Source: Lachnospiraceae bacterium (GTDB lineage: Bacteria > Bacillota > Clostridia > Lachnospirales > Lachnospiraceae). Taken from it: DNA of 50,464 nt. The stretch covers positions 1 to 50,464 of the forward strand of contig JAFUYB010000053.1 in assembly GCA_017470735.1 (NCBI GenBank), read 5' to 3'. The position numbers and the translations under genes were made by a program. The notes under the pieces are model-generated. The model made no database searches. It was not told the DNA's origin and was given only the letters and a program-made list of their open reading frames with translations. Below, piece after piece: positions 47,764 through 50,464 of the stretch. How positions within the stretch are numbered: the first letter of the stretch is position 1; each line of letters begins with the position of its first letter.

Positions 47764-48897
47764 TTAGCCTAAAATCTCATGTACCCTTTCCTGGATCATC
47801 TTACTAACCAATCTCAATCTGTCTGATGAATAATTATATGCACCCACCCTTTGCAGGTTATATGTTAGCATCTTTCTCAATTTTTCTTTTAATCTGCTGT
47901 CAATTACCTTTTTTGCCTCCTCGATATAATCTTCATAGACACAGGGAAGCAAAGTCTCAGCATATTTTTTTAGGAGTTTCTCATTTGTCCAGTTTTCTTC
48001 TCCTGCCAAATTAAATAAGGAATTCCCATGGTCAAACATTGGAGCCGGAGCTATTATCTTGTTCGTTCTGCTATCAACTAACAATCCGAAATTGCCATAA
48101 TGTCGATCAGTATTGTAGATCACAGCATCAAATACTATCATATCGTTAAGAGCATCTACATATTCAGATCCCAGCTTCTCGTAATACTCTCGTACCGCCT
48201 TCATTCCACCAGTTTTTACTATACGGCCGATGGGAACAAATGATATATCTTTACTCGTAAATAACTCACATACAGAACACATGTGTTTTTTCCATTTTGA
48301 GATCTTGTACGGAACAACATTCATATCTAAAGCTGTCCCAATCTCATAAGCATATAATTCCGAAAATGGTTCGTTTCCCGTATTGGATGCTCCCGATGTA
48401 GCTCCTTTGTATAGATAAACTTTTCCGGAAATTCTTCTCCAGCATTTCGGAAGCATTCCGTTTGTTGTAAACTCCGGAGATGATGCCAGCGAAGACCTCG
48501 CACTGCTGCCGTATCCTGTAAAAGCAATCATGGCAAGAATACGGCTGAAATTATTCTCATAGAGATTATTATCTTCAAATGTTCCCTCAAATCCGTCTTC
48601 TACTACCCAATAGGAATCATTCAAAGATACCCCCCTGCATACCAAAATAACATCCATAGGTCTGTTGGCATTAAGTCCGCACTTTGCAAGGAAAGCATTA
48701 ACATAGGCCCGGTTTTTCGGGATAGTCCTGTTTTTCAACCAAGAAGCAAGCCCCTTATCGCTAAGTTCCATACCTAAAGGTAAAAGATGTTTCTTCCCTT
48801 CATTGATCCATGTGATCTGTAACACCGGATCAGAAAGATTCTCAATGATTTTAAACTTTAATAGATTTGTGTTAAACAGTTTTAAAAAGTATTCCAT
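47764..48897 (-). CDS. hipA: HipA-like Ser/Thr kinase (type II toxin family), with no HipB-like partner visible
   Basis: C-terminal catalytic motif NTDRHYGNFGLLVD. AT-rich (~35% GC) relative to its neighbours. Confidence 0.55.
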   Translation of the reverse strand: MEYFLKLFNTNLLKFKIIENLSDPVLQITWINEGKKHLLPLGMELSDKGLASWLKNRTIPKNRAYVNAFLAKCGLNANRPMDVILVCRGVSLNDSYWVVEDGFEGTFEDNNLYENNFSRILAMIAFTGYGSSARSSLASSPEFTTNGMLPKCWRRISGKVYLYKGATSGASNTGNEPFSELYAYEIGTALDMNVVPYKISKWKKHMCSVCELFTSKDISFVPIGRIVKTGGMKAVREYYEKLGSEYVDALNDMIVFDAVIYNTDRHYGNFGLLVDSRTNKIIAPAPMFDHGNSLFNLAGEENWTNEKLLKKYAETLLPCVYEDYIEEAKKVIDSRLKEKLRKMLTYNLQRVGAYNYSSDRLRLVSKMIQERVHEILG

Positions 48898-49414
48898 AAA
48901 GATGCTCCGTGGCAGATGAATAAAAATTCCAATTGTACAATCCGTGTAATTGTGCTAAAATAAAAATGTTATCGAAATCAAGAACAAAGGGTGTCTGATG
49001 TGTACCGCCTGAGGGAGTGGCAGCTCCCACAGGCAGGGCATGGTAAACACACTACCACACGATACAGTCTTTCGGCTGCGATACACGCCTGTTATTGTAC
49101 CACAAGAATTAGTATATGGCAAAGCAGGCAGTTTCATTGTATTTGCGGTTTGAAGCAATCTCTGCGCATTGCGGGGTGTCGGTGTGGATGTACCGGCACC
49201 CCGTTCTTGGTTTCCTGCAAATGATTGTGGGAAATTGGGATTGGAAGGCTGTCCGGAGGCAGATGTTTCAGTCTGTTTTTGGACGGCTTTTTTGTACCTT
49301 GACAATGTGCACAGGGATTGCTTTTTTTGATACAGAAAAATGCATAATCGGGTTTTCTTGCTATATGATTTCAGCGGCAGCAACGCAAACAATTTCAGAT
49401 GGGAGGAACCGGTT

Positions 49415-50449
49415 ATGGCAGTACGAAACAGTGGGACAAACAAGGCTTGCAAAGCGAAACAGGACACCTACGGCATGGGTGACATTGTGACGGCAGAGGC
49501 GATGATCCAGGCGTGCCGGAAGAGGGGCAGGATCGTCTGGGCATACGGGCGGGTCAGCACCGACGCGCAGGAACTCGAGAGGCAGAACCATGTGTTTGAA
49601 GGGCTGGGGATTGACGACGAGCACCGTTTCAATGAAAAGAAATCGGGCAAAGATTTTGACCGTCCCGTATTCCGGGAGCTGATGGAAAAAGTGGAGCCGG
49701 GAGACCTGATCGTATGTCGTTCGGTTGACCGGTTCGGCAGGAATCTGATTGAGAATGAGCGGCTGAGAAACGAGATCACATTTGGGAAAAATGTTGGGAT
49801 CGCTTTTACGGATTCGCCGCTTCTGAACCGCACCGGAGACCAATCCACGATGGGCTACCTGATGTCCAGCATTATGTATATTTTTCAGTCGTTTTTTGCG
49901 GAAACGGAGCGGAATTCCATCCTGCAGAGGACGGCGGAGGGCAGGAGGATTGCAATGGAAAATGGCGTGAAATTCGGACGGCCGTCATATAGGATTCCGG
50001 AGAAATTCCGCGAAATAAAAGATGATATCATTGACGGCCGGATTTCCATCAATCAGGCAAAGAAACAATTGGGAATCAATTACAGGACATTGAAAAAGTG
50101 GCTGCGTACGGCGCGAAAGGAAGAGTTATCAGACATGCTTCGGATCAGAGCGCATGGACTTTTGGACGCTGTGCAGGAAATGGACGGTGGTTCGCCGTCG
50201 CTCCGTTTGGCAGCACAACAGCTTGCGGCACAGATGACCGAAGAGGCAGAAAAACTGTCTACAGAGGAACGCAAAAAGCCTGAATTTGATGAGTCAGGAA
50301 AGGTAAAGAAGCCGAAACGCCAGAAAAAAGAAACAGATCTCGATCTGGAGATAGAGCGGATGGAAAAGGCAACGGCAGAGTTTGTACGGAGAGCGGATGA
50401 AATGATGGAAGCTATGTACGGGGGAAGCTTGTCTGTTGCAGAATCTTAA
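49415..50449 (+). CDS. Serine recombinase (resolvase/invertase family) with a ~120-aa C-terminal coiled-coil extension
   Basis: GGGAGGAA RBS. Catalytic N-domain (WAYGRVSTDAQ, VCRSVDRFGRN) and HTH (INQAKKQLGINYRTLKKWL). Confidence 0.75.
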   Translation: MAVRNSGTNKACKAKQDTYGMGDIVTAEAMIQACRKRGRIVWAYGRVSTDAQELERQNHVFEGLGIDDEHRFNEKKSGKDFDRPVFRELMEKVEPGDLIVCRSVDRFGRNLIENERLRNEITFGKNVGIAFTDSPLLNRTGDQSTMGYLMSSIMYIFQSFFAETERNSILQRTAEGRRIAMENGVKFGRPSYRIPEKFREIKDDIIDGRISINQAKKQLGINYRTLKKWLRTARKEELSDMLRIRAHGLLDAVQEMDGGSPSLRLAAQQLAAQMTEEAEKLSTEERKKPEFDESGKVKKPKRQKKETDLDLEIERMEKATAEFVRRADEMMEAMYGGSLSVAES

Positions 50450-50464
50450 GAATTAGTGCAACGC

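Noticed and set aside
48955-49467. 170-aa minus-strand ORF upstream of hipA, considered as a HipB candidate
   Set aside because: No HTH. Low complexity. It overlaps the recombinase promoter/5' region on the other strand.

Overview
Firmicutes-type chromosome segment, probably Clostridia (GGAGG-type RBSs, core GC about 55-60%), with four recognisable parts. (1) Bases 1 to about 10.7 kb are a low-GC accessory island that looks like a graveyard of mobile and defence material. It holds a small SAM-methyltransferase broken at a G6 tract, a stand-alone integrase N-terminal (SAM-like) domain protein, two RadC-like JAB-domain proteins, and fragments of an Fe-alcohol dehydrogenase, a UDP-glucose 6-dehydrogenase and an RCC1-repeat protein. 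It also holds a fused, truncated IS66 tnpA/tnpB remnant, an orphan AbiEi-like gene, an HTH-metallophosphoesterase chimera and a hicAB toxin-antitoxin pair. (2) Bases 10.8-20 kb are a c-di-GMP signalling block: a GGDEF-EAL protein, a 1298-aa membrane/beta-propeller sensor diguanylate cyclase and an HD-GYP phosphodiesterase. The same block contains a vapBC-like TA pair, a 28-aa hydrophobic peptide gene and two tRNA-Leu genes. (3) Bases 20.2-23.8 kb carry an SPFH / zinc-ribbon membrane / TPM-domain triad. (4) Bases 23.8-33.2 kb carry a co-directional minus-strand string of eleven genes that looks like a non-canonical type IV filament or secretion system. In transcription order it encodes a LytTR two-component system, a degenerate-GGDEF membrane protein, a membrane protein with only a sigma-70 region-2 domain and a transglutaminase-like lipoprotein. 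These are followed by a PilC/GspF platform protein, four small membrane proteins (one prepilin-like) and a PilT-type ATPase, with no PilB. This is the most likely candidate for an undescribed system. The remaining 17 kb is housekeeping: a folT-like ECF S-component behind a THF-riboswitch-like leader, capA, pyrB-pyrI with a repeated UTR motif, murE, priA, a 4x 32-bp tandem repeat, a DUF4143-type AAA ATPase, mtnA, a stand-alone carB and an LMW-PTP. The last 3 kb is AT-rich and carries an orphan hipA-like kinase and a serine recombinase. No CRISPR array and no rRNA were seen.
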